In this document: piece after piece, positions 32,177-41,947 of the stretch | Layout: each line of letters starts with the position of its first letter | Position numbering within the stretch: the first letter of the stretch is position 1 | Assembly (NCBI GenBank): GCA_963579735.1 | Contig: CAUZIB010000001.1 | Coordinates: forward strand, 65,492 to 129,491 | Direction of reading: 5' to 3' | DNA from: Vicinamibacteria bacterium | Lineage (GTDB): Bacteria > Acidobacteriota > Vicinamibacteria > Vicinamibacterales > UBA8438 | Length of the DNA stretch: 64,000 nucleotides | Notes under the pieces: model-generated | Told to the model about the DNA's origin: nothing | Database searches by the model: none | The model's input: only the letters and a program-made list of their open reading frames with translations | Position numbers and translations under genes: made by a program

Positions 32177-32807
32177 CCGGGCCACGAAACAACTCCTCGT
32201 CGGTCCATCCGGGACCGTGGCGTTTATCTTTGAGCGCCTGCACCCGACACACGAAGCGGTCGTTCCCGTGATTGATGCGTCGCGCCTGCCCGCGGATCGC
32301 GACAAGCGACCCCAGTGACGGTTGCCGATCCGTCTTCGTCGTTAAACAGAGGATGAGCGTGCTGTGCGACAGCGCCTGGTCGGCGAGCCGCGTCTGGCTG
32401 GCGAGCGGCAAATCCACACACTCTCCCAGGTCAATCACGAGGAGCCCAAAAGCCCCGGACCCGGCCAAATGATCAGCGGCTCGCACCCGGTGTCGCACCT
32501 CTGTCAGCCGAATCACTGGAAGCGTCGCGAGATCGACACCGCTATCGGCGGCGTCAGGCGGAAAGAAGGTGCTGTCGGTCGACGTGATCCAGGCGACGGG
32601 TTCGCCCTGCTGCTGCACTTGACGCACCAGACTCAGAGCCAGGGTGAGCACCGGTGCGGCACCAGTCCCAGACAACTCCGCCAGACAGCCCCCCAGCGCA
32701 GCGCATGTCCACTGTGGTCGTCGCGATAGCGCCGACGGAGACGACAGGTTGTGCTCCAGCCATGTCTGGGATGCGGAGACGAGAGCACTCAATTCTGCTT
32801 TGGGCAT
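32163..32807 (-). CDS. imuA: ImuA (RecA/SulA-like) cassette protein
   Basis: 214 aa. LAELSGTGAAPVLTLALSLVRQVQQQGEPVAWI...GAFGLLVIDLG matches the ImuA pattern. It is the first cassette gene, 18 nt after lexA. Confidence 0.75.
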   Translation of the reverse strand: MPKAELSALVSASQTWLEHNLSSPSALSRRPQWTCAALGGCLAELSGTGAAPVLTLALSLVRQVQQQGEPVAWITSTDSTFFPPDAADSGVDLATLPVIRLTEVRHRVRAADHLAGSGAFGLLVIDLGECVDLPLASQTRLADQALSHSTLILCLTTKTDRQPSLGSLVAIRGQARRINHGNDRFVCRVQALKDKRHGPGWTDEELFRGPDGMR

Positions 32808-32825
32808 CAGAATTCAGAATGCTCT

Positions 32826-33437
32826 TCATCTCAACGTCCGCCGAACCTCGATCACCTTCCCCAGAATGGTGACCTCGTTGGCGTCGAGAACGATCGCGTC
32901 AAAAACCGGGTTCTCTGGACACAGCTCTACTCGTCGGCCACGAGACTTGAACGTCTTCACCGTGGCCTCACTCTCGACCAACGCCACGACAATGTCGCCG
33001 TTCTTAGCCGTCGGTTGCCGACGTACCACCACGAGATCACCCGGCAGAATCCCAGCCCCGGTCATGCTCTCGCCACGCACCCGGAGCGCAAAGAGATCAT
33101 CCGATACCCGCGCATCGACCGAGAGGTACCCATCCGGGTCCTCAATCGCTTCGTCCAGCGCCCCCGCTGGCACCCGACCGAGCAAGGGAACCAACATGGG
33201 ATTTGAATCTTTTCCAGGAAACAGACGGGGCAATCGATAGCCCCGAGCCTTTCCTCGGTCAGCCTGCAAGCGGCCTTCTTTGACCAGCTGTTCGAGATGC
33301 TGACGAGCAGTTTGCACCGCCCGAAACCCGAAGGCTTCTTGCACCTCGCGAACGGTCGGAGGCTGACCTGCCAGCAACCGAGTGCGGACGAAAGCGAAGA
33401 CCTTCTCTCGGGTTTCGCCGGGTGGTGTCCGTCCCAT
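32826..33437 (-). CDS. lexA: LexA repressor (S24 peptidase)
   Basis: 203 aa. N-terminal wHTH (PTVREVQEAFGFRAVQTARQHLEQLVKEG). Cleavage/catalytic region VPLLGRVPAGAL...LRVRGESMTGAGILPGDLVVV...ATVKTF. Confidence 0.9.
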   Translation of the reverse strand: MGRTPPGETREKVFAFVRTRLLAGQPPTVREVQEAFGFRAVQTARQHLEQLVKEGRLQADRGKARGYRLPRLFPGKDSNPMLVPLLGRVPAGALDEAIEDPDGYLSVDARVSDDLFALRVRGESMTGAGILPGDLVVVRRQPTAKNGDIVVALVESEATVKTFKSRGRRVELCPENPVFDAIVLDANEVTILGKVIEVRRTLR

Positions 33438-33441
33438 CTTT

Positions 33442-33463
33442 AGACAATACCATACATTTGTCT
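33442..33463. promoter_or_regulatory. candidate LexA operator: AGACAA-N10-TTGTCT palindrome overlapping the putative lexA promoter/TSS
   Basis: A perfect 6+6 inverted repeat, 5-26 nt upstream of the lexA ATG, in the only AT-rich patch of the region. On the coding strand TTGACG lies 17 nt upstream of AAATGT, so the palindrome covers the putative -10 and TSS. Its function is inferred, not shown. Confidence 0.4.
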
Positions 33464-33494
33464 GTTATTTCTCCGCCGTCAACGGACGGACCTG

Positions 33495-33905
33495 GTGATA
33501 CAAGGGATTCTCAAGTCTGGCGTCACACGAGCACGAACCTCAAAGGTCGGTTCGACCCAACCAAGGAGGTTGCGAGGCCGCACTCCGGCTAGGCTGCTCG
33601 ATCTGGACCGGCATTGCAGGAAATTCGACGCAGCCGATGTCTGTTACGAAGAGGCCGCCGCCCTCTATCGGAACCACGACACGCCTTGGAGCCTGGATTA
33701 CGCGAACGCGATTCGCCCGATGGCCATACTGAAAGAACGACTGGGTGACCGAGAACAGTCGCTGGCACTGTGGCGAGAGGCGAGAGGACTATACGCGGCG
33801 ATCAGGCCCTACGTCCCTACGATCGCTATGGATACGGCGACGCACGCAGCGGCGGCAATCGTCATCCAGACCCCTGACCGGGCCATATCTCGAATCGAGA
33901 AGTAG
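33495..33905 (+). other. TPR-like ORF, possibly a gene fragment
   Basis: GTG-initiated 136 aa ORF. The middle reads like two TPR units (FDAADVCYEEAAALYRNHD...AILKERLGDREQSLALWREARGLYAAI). The last ~32 codons are antisense to the SLC13 gene, a 97 nt convergent overlap. Confidence 0.3.
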
Positions 33906-35272
33906 CCTGCAGAGTAGGGAACCACGTTGGTCGGGCTTTCGGTGACCAGGATAAAGGCCAGCGAAGAGGTGAACGCAGCCGGCGCTGCGAGCGTCCAGAT
34001 GTCCAGACCGAGGTCGTACGCCAAGGCAATCAAGATCGGCATGATGATGCTACCCGTGACAGTGTTGCTCGAAAATAGCAGGTGAAGCCCTGCCACACCG
34101 AGCACCACCACAAATGGCTGTAGCAGCCCAGGCACGAGCGCGATGTTGCCAAGCATGCCTTGAGCCAGCCAGCGGGCGGCGCCGGTCTCGAAGATCACCA
34201 ACCCAAGCGATAAACCGGCCACAATCAGCACGACCCCGCCCCAGTCGACATCCCGCTGTGCTTCCTTCCACGTAAGTGTGTTGATACCTGGGAGAAAGAG
34301 GGCCAACCCTCCAAACAACCCGATCGCCTGAATGGGCGGATTCACGACGCCGTCGGTGAGCGCCGAGAGTACCGGCGCGGTCAGCCAGAGGATGATGGTC
34401 AAGCCAAAGACGCCGAGGGTCCGGATTTCGACCGGCCGGAGTGGACCCAACTCTCGCAACTGGCGGTCGATCTCTTCCGCCGCGATCGGAAGACGGTCGA
34501 TCTCGGGAGGGAAAATCCATAGCAGGAGCCGCCATCCGATCGGCAGCATCAATACAACCGCCGGCACCCCGAGCATCATCCATTGGATAAAGGTGATATC
34601 GATTCCCGCGAGCTCACGCAGATAGCCGATCGCGATCGGATTGACACCGGTGCCAGCCGGGGTCCCGATCCCGCCGATGAGCGGCCCGTAGGCACACGAA
34701 ATCATCAGCGCGCGTCCAAAGTTACTCTCGAGAGGTTTGAGACCCGCATCCCGGAGAACGCCAACACCAAGCGGCATCATCATCGCCGCCACAGCCATGT
34801 CGGTGATCCACATCGACAGCATCGCACCCGATACCAAGAACCCCAGGATGACGCGGTCGGTCCTGGTCCCCACCGTGCGCAGGACCATCAAGACGAGACG
34901 CGTCCCCAGCCCTGATCTCGTAAAGCCGACAGAGAGGATCGACACGCCGATAAAAAACGTGATGATCGGATTGCCAAAACCAGCGGCCACAACGGACGAG
35001 TAGTCCGCAATCCCAAAGACCGGTATCAAGAGCAGTACGAATAGCGATGTGACCGCGAACGGTAGCGCCTCGGTCACCCACAAGGTGACGGCGAACGCCA
35101 AGATCGCGATGCACGCCTTCCCTTCCATGGTGAGGGGAATCGTGTCGCCGGCCCGAATCAAACTTGGTGGAGATGGCAACGCGTGGACCGCAAGCATGAG
35201 CCCGATTGCGGCAAAAAACATCCACGCTTGTCGATGTCGCGATTTCTCATGGGTGGTCTGCGTATCACTCAA
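33809..35272 (-). CDS. SLC13/DASS-type (ArsB/NhaD superfamily) anion permease
   Basis: 487 aa and highly hydrophobic (more than 12 segments). Duplicated hairpin-type motifs (GGIGTPAGTGVNP ... ESPTNVVPYSAGY) typical of DASS/SLC13 transporters. Confidence 0.75.
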   Translation of the reverse strand: MSDTQTTHEKSRHRQAWMFFAAIGLMLAVHALPSPPSLIRAGDTIPLTMEGKACIAILAFAVTLWVTEALPFAVTSLFVLLLIPVFGIADYSSVVAAGFGNPIITFFIGVSILSVGFTRSGLGTRLVLMVLRTVGTRTDRVILGFLVSGAMLSMWITDMAVAAMMMPLGVGVLRDAGLKPLESNFGRALMISCAYGPLIGGIGTPAGTGVNPIAIGYLRELAGIDITFIQWMMLGVPAVVLMLPIGWRLLLWIFPPEIDRLPIAAEEIDRQLRELGPLRPVEIRTLGVFGLTIILWLTAPVLSALTDGVVNPPIQAIGLFGGLALFLPGINTLTWKEAQRDVDWGGVVLIVAGLSLGLVIFETGAARWLAQGMLGNIALVPGLLQPFVVVLGVAGLHLLFSSNTVTGSIIMPILIALAYDLGLDIWTLAAPAAFTSSLAFILVTESPTNVVPYSAGYFSIRDMARSGVWMTIAAAACVAVSIAIVGT

Positions 35273-35571
35273 GACCGGATCACTCTATGTCAATTTGGCG
35301 GTTTCTGGGTCCGCCGTTGGAATATCGGATCTCTGACCGGTCGGGCGCTGCGTAGAAGGAGTGAGTAGGCAGACGAGAGCCGCGGCTTGATCTCCAACTT
35401 GTTCCCAAACCGGTCGACGAATCTGGCGATTCGCCCTCCTGTGCCCCCCACCCCGCCCGCGTCGACGTGTCCGGCTGTCACGTCGCACGATCTTTGACAG
35501 GCAATGCCTCTTGGCGCCAAGCGGTGGACTATGCTCAAATTCTCACACAGGATTCCGCCGTCCCCGTAATC

Positions 35572-37701
35572 ATGGCTACCCAGTTCGACAGCGTCCACGA
35601 AACGACACCGGCATCAGATGTCGACCTCAGCGAGTCGCGGTTCTACATCAATCGGGAGTTAAGCTGGCTGGAGTTCAACCAGCGCGTGTTGCTGCAGGCC
35701 CTCGAAGCAAAGCATCCGCTTCTGGAACGTGTCAAATTCCTCTCGATTGTCGCTACCAACCTCGACGAATTTTTTATGGTGCGGGTGGCGACACTGCTCC
35801 GCAAGTTCCGGAATGACATCGAGGATGTGTCACCGGACGGACTCGACGCCGCGCAACAGCTCGTCGCCATCCGTGACCGTGCGGGCCAAATGCTCGGCGA
35901 CATGGAATCGTGCTGGGCTCAGGTGCTGCTGCCCCAGCTTGAGAACCACGAGGTGCGTTTTCTCGAACCTGACGACTACTCGGTCGAGGTGCGTCGATAC
36001 CTGGCGGCGTACTTTACCGACAACATCCACCCGGTCCTCACCCCGTTGGCATTCGACCCCGGACACCCCTTCCCGTTTATCTCGAATCTGAGTATGAACC
36101 TCGCGGTCGTTGTCGAGCACCAGCAGCAGACCCGTTTCGCGCGCGTCAAATTGCCGGATGTCCTCCCGCGGTTCATCCCGCTTCCACGCAACCTGACACA
36201 CTCCCGCGGCGATACCTTTGTCTTCCTGGAGGATGTCGTCAAAGACAATCTCGCGGTGCTATTCCCCGGGTCTCGGGTGACGGGAGCCCATCTGTTTCGC
36301 ATCATTCGCGACACCGACATGGTGATCCAGGAAGACGAAGCCGATGACTTGCTCGAATCGGTTGACCGCACGCTAAAAGAGCTGCGATACGGAGACCTCT
36401 CACAGCTACTGGTCGAGTCGACCATGCCGGCGCGCGTGCTCGACATACTTGTCGAGAACTTCGAAATCGAACGCGATGTCGTCGTCACAACGCCGGGTCG
36501 AATGGGTATCGGCGACTGGTCATCGCTGTCTCGGCTGCACCGTCCACAACTCAAGGATGCACCGTTTCAGCCCCGACGCTTGTGGTCCGCGAACGGCGAA
36601 GAACCCGAATCAATCTTTGCGCAAATGGCCAGTGGTGACCATGTCGTGCATCACCCCTTCGACTCGTTCTCATCGGTCGAAGCGTTTCTGGCGGCGGCCG
36701 TCGACGACCCCCAGGTCGTCGCGATCAAGATCACGCTCTACCGGATCGGATCAAACTCCCCGCTGGTCGACTTACTCATCGCTGCGGCAGAAGCCGGCAA
36801 GCAGGTAGCGGTCTTGGTCGAGCTCAAAGCAAGATTTGACGAGCGAAACAATATCGCCTGGGCGCATCGGCTCGAATCCGCCGGTATCCATGTCGTCTAC
36901 GGCATGCTGAATCTCAAGACGCACTGCAAGCTGTGCTTGGTTGTCCGGAAGGAAAGGTCGGGCGTTGTGCGGTATGCGCACATCGGCACGGGCAACTACA
37001 ACGCAGCCACCGCCCAGGTCTACACCGACCTCGGGCTGTTCACGGCCCGTCGCGAAGTCGTAGAGGAAGTGACCGAGGTCTTTAACTACTTGACGGGATA
37101 TTCCGACAAGCAGGATTATCACGAGCTCCTGGTCGCCCCGCTCAACCTTCGACGGGCATTTACCCGTCTTGTCGAGCGGGAAGCAGAGCACGCACGTGAC
37201 GGACGCCCCGCGCGAATCATCATCAAGAACAACTCGGTGGCCGACCCCGACATGATCCGCGTCCTCTACAAGGCGTCCCAGGCGGGAGTCCAGGTGGACA
37301 TGATCGTCCGAGGCGTGTGCTGCTTACGACCGGGGATTCCAGCGGTGAGCGACAACATCCGGGTGCGCTCAATCGTTGGCCGTTTTCTCGAGCACTCCCG
37401 AATCTATTCGTTCGAGAACGACGGGAATCCAGAGGTGCTGATGGGAAGCGCCGACCTGATGGAGCGAAACCTCAGCCGGCGGGTCGAAACTCTGTGCTTT
37501 ATCCGAGACCCGCAGATCCGCGACCAGGTCCGACGAGAGATCCTTGACAGGTTATTGGCCGACAACGACCGGGCGATGGAGCTTCACACTGATGGTCGCT
37601 ACCACGCCGTGGCAGCGACCGGTTCAGCATCGAACGTCGTGCACCGTCTCAACGCCCAGGAAGAGCTCCTCCGCGAGCACACCGCCTGCGCCGGTGGCTA
37701 G
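35572..37701 (+). CDS. ppk1: polyphosphate kinase 1
   Basis: The ATG at 35572 gives MATQFDS..SRFYINRELSWLEFNQRVLLQALE. PPK1 hallmarks are present throughout (KFLSIVATNLDEFFMVRVA; HCKLCLVVRKE; two PLD-like C-terminal domains). Confidence 0.9.
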   Translation: MATQFDSVHETTPASDVDLSESRFYINRELSWLEFNQRVLLQALEAKHPLLERVKFLSIVATNLDEFFMVRVATLLRKFRNDIEDVSPDGLDAAQQLVAIRDRAGQMLGDMESCWAQVLLPQLENHEVRFLEPDDYSVEVRRYLAAYFTDNIHPVLTPLAFDPGHPFPFISNLSMNLAVVVEHQQQTRFARVKLPDVLPRFIPLPRNLTHSRGDTFVFLEDVVKDNLAVLFPGSRVTGAHLFRIIRDTDMVIQEDEADDLLESVDRTLKELRYGDLSQLLVESTMPARVLDILVENFEIERDVVVTTPGRMGIGDWSSLSRLHRPQLKDAPFQPRRLWSANGEEPESIFAQMASGDHVVHHPFDSFSSVEAFLAAAVDDPQVVAIKITLYRIGSNSPLVDLLIAAAEAGKQVAVLVELKARFDERNNIAWAHRLESAGIHVVYGMLNLKTHCKLCLVVRKERSGVVRYAHIGTGNYNAATAQVYTDLGLFTARREVVEEVTEVFNYLTGYSDKQDYHELLVAPLNLRRAFTRLVEREAEHARDGRPARIIIKNNSVADPDMIRVLYKASQAGVQVDMIVRGVCCLRPGIPAVSDNIRVRSIVGRFLEHSRIYSFENDGNPEVLMGSADLMERNLSRRVETLCFIRDPQIRDQVRREILDRLLADNDRAMELHTDGRYHAVAATGSASNVVHRLNAQEELLREHTACAGG

Positions 37702-37734
37702 CGAGACCGTGCAGCGTTTCTCCGCAACCGGCCG

Positions 37735-39237
37735 CTAGTAGCGGTAGTGTTCGGGCTTGTATGGTCCCTCAACCGGGACGCCGATATAGTCGGCTTGACC
37801 CTTGCTCAATGTCGTCAGCTTGACGCCTAGCTTGTCGAGGTGAAGGCGCGCCACTTGCTCGTCGAGCTTCTTTGGCAGCATATAGACCTTTTTTTCATAC
37901 TCGCCGGTGTTGGCGTGCAGCGCGAGCTGGGCCAGCACCTGATTCGTGAACGACGCCGACATGACAAAGCTGGGGTGCCCAGTCGCGCATCCGAGATTGA
38001 GCAAGCGTCCTTCGGCGAGAATGAGCACGCTGTGGCCATCCGCGAACCGCCACTCGTCGTATTGCGGCTTGATCGGAATACGCTGGATACCGGGCATCTT
38101 CTTTAGCCCGGCCATATCGATCTCGTTGTCGAAGTGACCGATGTTGCCAACAATCGCCTTGTCTTTCATCCGCGCCATCTGGGTCGCGGTGATGATGTCG
38201 CGGTTCCCCGTCGTCGTGATAAAGATGTCGGCGGTCTCGAGCATATCCTCGAGCGTATTGACCTCGTATCCTTCCATCGCCGCCTGAAGTGCGCAAATTG
38301 GGTCGATCTCCGTCACCACGACTCGCGAACCTTGGCCACGCAATGATTGCGCACAGCCCTTGCCGACCTCGCCAAAGCCGCACACCACCGCGACTTTGCC
38401 GCCCAGCATGACGTCGGTCGCCCGGGCCAAACCGTCGGGTAACGAGTGACGACACCCATAAACGTTGTCGAATTTACTTTTCGTGACCGAGTCGTTGACG
38501 TTGATGGCCGGGAAGAGCAGCGAACCATCCTCCATCATCTCGTAGAGACGATGAACACCGGTGGTGGTCTCCTCGCTCACACCGCGGATCGCCGGACTCA
38601 CGCGTTGCCATTGCTGAGGGTCACGCTTTTGGATTTCGCGGAGCAAATCGAGAATGACGCCCCACTCTTCGGGGTCTTCATCCGGATTGAATTCCGGCAC
38701 AGCGCCGGCCCGTTCGTACTCATATCCCTTGTGAACAAACAAGGTGGCGTCACCGCCATCGTCGACAATGAGGTCAGGGCCGCTGCCGTCAGACCAGAGC
38801 ACCGCCTCGTTCGTGCACCACCAGTACTCTGTCAACGACTCGGCTTTCCAGGCAAAGACGGGCGTGCCCCGAGGGTCGTCCGGTGTGCCGCCGTTTTCCA
38901 GCCGACCGACCACCACGGCGCTGGCCGCATGATCCTGGGTCGAGAAGATGTTGCACGACACCCACCGCACATCCGCGCCAAGGTCGGTCAGCGTTTCGAT
39001 CAAGACTGCGGTTTGCACGGTCATATGCAGACTGCCCATAATCTTGACCCCAGCCAAAGGCTGTGGTCCGGCGTGCTCTCTCCTCAGCGCCATGAGCCCC
39101 GGCATCTCTTGCTCGGCCAGACGAATCTCGTCGCGACCTTGCTGGGCCAGGGTTAGGTCCGCCACCTTGTAGGGGACTCGCCCATGCGCGGTGGCCACTG
39201 TAAAGGGATGCGTGGAGTCAAGCGTAGGTGCGGTCAT
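37735..39237 (-). CDS. ahcY: adenosylhomocysteinase
   Basis: 500 aa. [33 protein letters not shown] site [19 protein letters not shown]-terminal [10 protein letters not shown]. Confidence 0.95.
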   Translation of the reverse strand: MTAPTLDSTHPFTVATAHGRVPYKVADLTLAQQGRDEIRLAEQEMPGLMALRREHAGPQPLAGVKIMGSLHMTVQTAVLIETLTDLGADVRWVSCNIFSTQDHAASAVVVGRLENGGTPDDPRGTPVFAWKAESLTEYWWCTNEAVLWSDGSGPDLIVDDGGDATLFVHKGYEYERAGAVPEFNPDEDPEEWGVILDLLREIQKRDPQQWQRVSPAIRGVSEETTTGVHRLYEMMEDGSLLFPAINVNDSVTKSKFDNVYGCRHSLPDGLARATDVMLGGKVAVVCGFGEVGKGCAQSLRGQGSRVVVTEIDPICALQAAMEGYEVNTLEDMLETADIFITTTGNRDIITATQMARMKDKAIVGNIGHFDNEIDMAGLKKMPGIQRIPIKPQYDEWRFADGHSVLILAEGRLLNLGCATGHPSFVMSASFTNQVLAQLALHANTGEYEKKVYMLPKKLDEQVARLHLDKLGVKLTTLSKGQADYIGVPVEGPYKPEHYRY

Positions 39238-39341
39238 GATGCTCTCCTTGTTGTTACGCTTCGGTCCGTCGAGGCTTGGCTAGCGCCACCAGCTCACGGC
39301 CGGGACCCCGTGCACGAGTAGACGGTGCCCTAGACGCAGGG

Positions 39342-40826
39342 CTAGCTCCTCTGCGGGCCGGACTTTCTGGACTTGGGCGACGATGTTCGGGGGCGACGCC
39401 GCCGCGGCTCTGGCTTTCTCTCCACGGCGGGTGCCGTTGACGACGCGGTCGGTGGTTGAACCGGCGCATGCAGCGTCAATTGATAATAATCGTCCACGAG
39501 CATCGCAATCAACGCGGACTCATCTTCGTTCTCGGCCAAACTCCGCGCCAGCGGCACGAATCGCTGGCTTCGCTCCGTCTGCAGCGTGTCTCGCGCCCTC
39601 AGCTTGGCTTCGAGCAGTGTCGTGACGCGCTCGGTCACTACCGCCTGCACATCTTCGTCGGTGGGCGCTGACTGCTGGTGAAACTCGACAGAGTATCGTT
39701 TCGCGATACTGTCCAGAGATAGGGCCTCGGCTTCCGTCACCAGAGAGACGGCCACGCCCGCCGCGCCCGCGCGTCCGGTCCGACCGGCACGGTGGATATA
39801 ACCCTCCGGGTCCTCGGGCGGCTCATATTGAATCACGTGCGAGAGATCTGGTATGTCCAACCCACGTGCTGCAACGTCGGTCGCGACAAGAAAGCGCAAG
39901 GCGTTGCCCCGTAGGCGTTTGAGGATCCGCTCGCGATCGCTCTGCGAACGGTCAGCACTCAATTCATCGGCGTCATAACCAAACCGCTGCAGAACCACTG
40001 TGACGTAGTGGACTGCACTCTTTGTGTTGCAAAAAATAATCGCCGAGGTCGGATTCTCGACCTCGATGATCCGGATGAGACATCGGTCCTTGTCCATGGC
40101 CGGCACGATGCAGAACACGTGTTCTGTATCCGTCACGTGCACCTGGTCACCGCTCAGCGACATGAACTCCGGATCCCGCATGAATTCCTGCGAGGTCCGC
40201 ATCACGAACGGTGGGAACGTCGCCGAAAACATGCTGTTGTGAAGTTGTGTCTGGGTGCGCTGTGGGAGGTGCCGCTGCACCTCCTGCATGTCCGGGTAAA
40301 AGCCCATCGACAGCATCCGATCGGCCTCGTCGAACACTCGCATTCTGAGCGTCCGCAGTGACAACGTCCCGCGCAGCAAGTGATCCAGGACGCGTCCCGG
40401 TGTCCCAACCACAATCTGCGCGCCGCCTTTCAAAGCATCAATCTGAGGACCATAACCAACCCCTCCGTAAATCTCGACCGTGCGGAGCCCGGCGGGCCCG
40501 CAGATCAGTTCGGATTGTTGAGCCACCTGCTTGGCCAACTCGCGGGTCGGGACCAACACCAGCGCCTGGGTCTCGGCGGCGTCCGCGTCCAGTCGCTCGA
40601 GCATCGGCAGGAGGAAAGCGCCGGTCTTGCCGCTGCCAGTGCGGGCTTGGACCATCACGTCCCGTGCGTCGAGCAACGGACCGATCGCCCGGGCTTGGAC
40701 GGGCATCAAACCCTCCCATCCGACGCGTGCAAGGGCCTGCCTCAACGATTCCGGGAGTTGGGCGAGGGTGAGATCGATTGGGACGGTCTCGGTTTCGACA
40801 GCGGCTGATTCAGTGTGGTCGCTCAA
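39342..40826 (-). CDS. DEAD-box ATP-dependent RNA helicase with basic C-terminal tail
   Basis: Motifs AQARTGSGKT(GAF), PTRELA, VFDEADRML, SAT, ARGLDI, HRAGRTGRAG. Arg-rich tail. Confidence 0.9.
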   Translation of the reverse strand: MSDHTESAAVETETVPIDLTLAQLPESLRQALARVGWEGLMPVQARAIGPLLDARDVMVQARTGSGKTGAFLLPMLERLDADAAETQALVLVPTRELAKQVAQQSELICGPAGLRTVEIYGGVGYGPQIDALKGGAQIVVGTPGRVLDHLLRGTLSLRTLRMRVFDEADRMLSMGFYPDMQEVQRHLPQRTQTQLHNSMFSATFPPFVMRTSQEFMRDPEFMSLSGDQVHVTDTEHVFCIVPAMDKDRCLIRIIEVENPTSAIIFCNTKSAVHYVTVVLQRFGYDADELSADRSQSDRERILKRLRGNALRFLVATDVAARGLDIPDLSHVIQYEPPEDPEGYIHRAGRTGRAGAAGVAVSLVTEAEALSLDSIAKRYSVEFHQQSAPTDEDVQAVVTERVTTLLEAKLRARDTLQTERSQRFVPLARSLAENEDESALIAMLVDDYYQLTLHAPVQPPTASSTAPAVERKPEPRRRRPRTSSPKSRKSGPQRS

Positions 40827-41154
40827 AGGGGTCCTAGGTGTTCCGTCTCAAGTCGTCTTTTGTTCAACCGCCGAGGCTGCCTGCGTAAAGTCATTGCTCG
40901 TTGGTCGAATACTCCCGGTACACTCCGCTTCTCACGCCTATCCGGACAGAGGTTTGTGACACGACGACCAAAGCGGAACATCGGTAACCAGGCGGGCAAC
41001 AGCGCGTTGATGTCGGAGGCCCCGGCACCGTCGAACCCATTGATTCTACACGCCAATCGGCCGACCCGTGTGTTTTCTACATCCTGAGCGACTCTTGTTG
41101 CGATTTCCCCAACGTTTTCCAGGAGCGTTTCTTGCGTGAGCAAGAACGATCCGC

Positions 41155-41580
41155 ATGAGCCTGCCTTCTGCCCAGAACCCGCCGAGCCATACAAGAGTTC
41201 ATCGGAGATACCCGCGCGTAGAACTCAGCGCCGTGATCGGGGCACAGATCCAGCAAAGCCCGCTCAATAGAGACCAGGCGACCGGCGGCGCGTTGACTAT
41301 CCTTGGGGTCGGGGGCGCGTTTGTCCAGACGCGCCATCCGTTCGAGATCGGGACTCGGATCAGCGTCCGATTCGCCTTGCCAGGCAGTAACGGCGAGATA
41401 GTGTGTGACGCTCTCATCAGAACGTATATTCCTCACCGCGGTATCGGAATCGAGTTCGTTCGGATCAGTCACGACGACCGCGAGCGGCTCCGGGCAGCAA
41501 CATGGGAGCTGGCTGACGCGACGAACCAGCCACACCGCGGGTGGCGACAGTCGCTTTTGGGCAATAGTCGCTCTTCGTGA
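41155..41580 (+). CDS. PilZ domain protein
   Basis: 141 aa. RRYPR (RxxxR) followed by LTILGVGGAFVQT...GTRISVRFALP...IGIEFVRISHDDRERL, which fits the PilZ c-di-GMP-binding domain pattern. Confidence 0.6.
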   Translation: MSLPSAQNPPSHTRVHRRYPRVELSAVIGAQIQQSPLNRDQATGGALTILGVGGAFVQTRHPFEIGTRISVRFALPGSNGEIVCDALIRTYIPHRGIGIEFVRISHDDRERLRAATWELADATNQPHRGWRQSLLGNSRSS

Positions 41581-41609
41581 GACGCGCGCGCCTCGACCCG
41601 GCTAGCACG

Positions 41610-41912
41610 TCAACCCAGCAAGAGTGGGGAAGCAACGGCCGACGGGCAACGGTTCTGGGCCAAAACAATTGTTGGCAACGACCAAGCGCGGCCTGTCACA
41701 CGAAGGGCACTTAAGTATGACTGTCGACTAGATGGGAGGCGGCTGAAATCTCCGGATACTCCCGCCGTAGTCACTCCCAATGTCAAATGCGGCACCCCGC
41801 AGGCGACGATCGCCTCGCCGATGCCAAGCCGAGAGCCGACTCCCGCTGCGGCGACGAACATGCCTCCGACCAGTTTGACCGCATCTCGTTGACTGAGCGA
41901 GGAATCTGTCAT
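41610..41912 (-). CDS. small hypothetical ORF (weak)
   Basis: ATG at 41912 with a strong GGAGGAG 7 nt upstream. The Gly/Ala-rich first half is plausible; the second half has poor coding-like composition. It may be a fragment. Confidence 0.2.
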   Translation of the reverse strand: MTDSSLSQRDAVKLVGGMFVAAAGVGSRLGIGEAIVACGVPHLTLGVTTAGVSGDFSRLPSSRQSYLSALRVTGRAWSLPTIVLAQNRCPSAVASPLLLG

Positions 41913-41947
41913 CAGTCTCTCCTCCGGCGGGCGCTGCGCAACCCCGG

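Noticed and set aside
39238-39341. SAH riboswitch upstream of ahcY.
   Set aside because: The 104-nt leader contains a single GGCGCT and small hairpins. It lacks the paired conserved blocks I recall for the SAH element (AGGAGCGCUGC ... GGCGCUC). It cannot be supported without a covariance-model scan.
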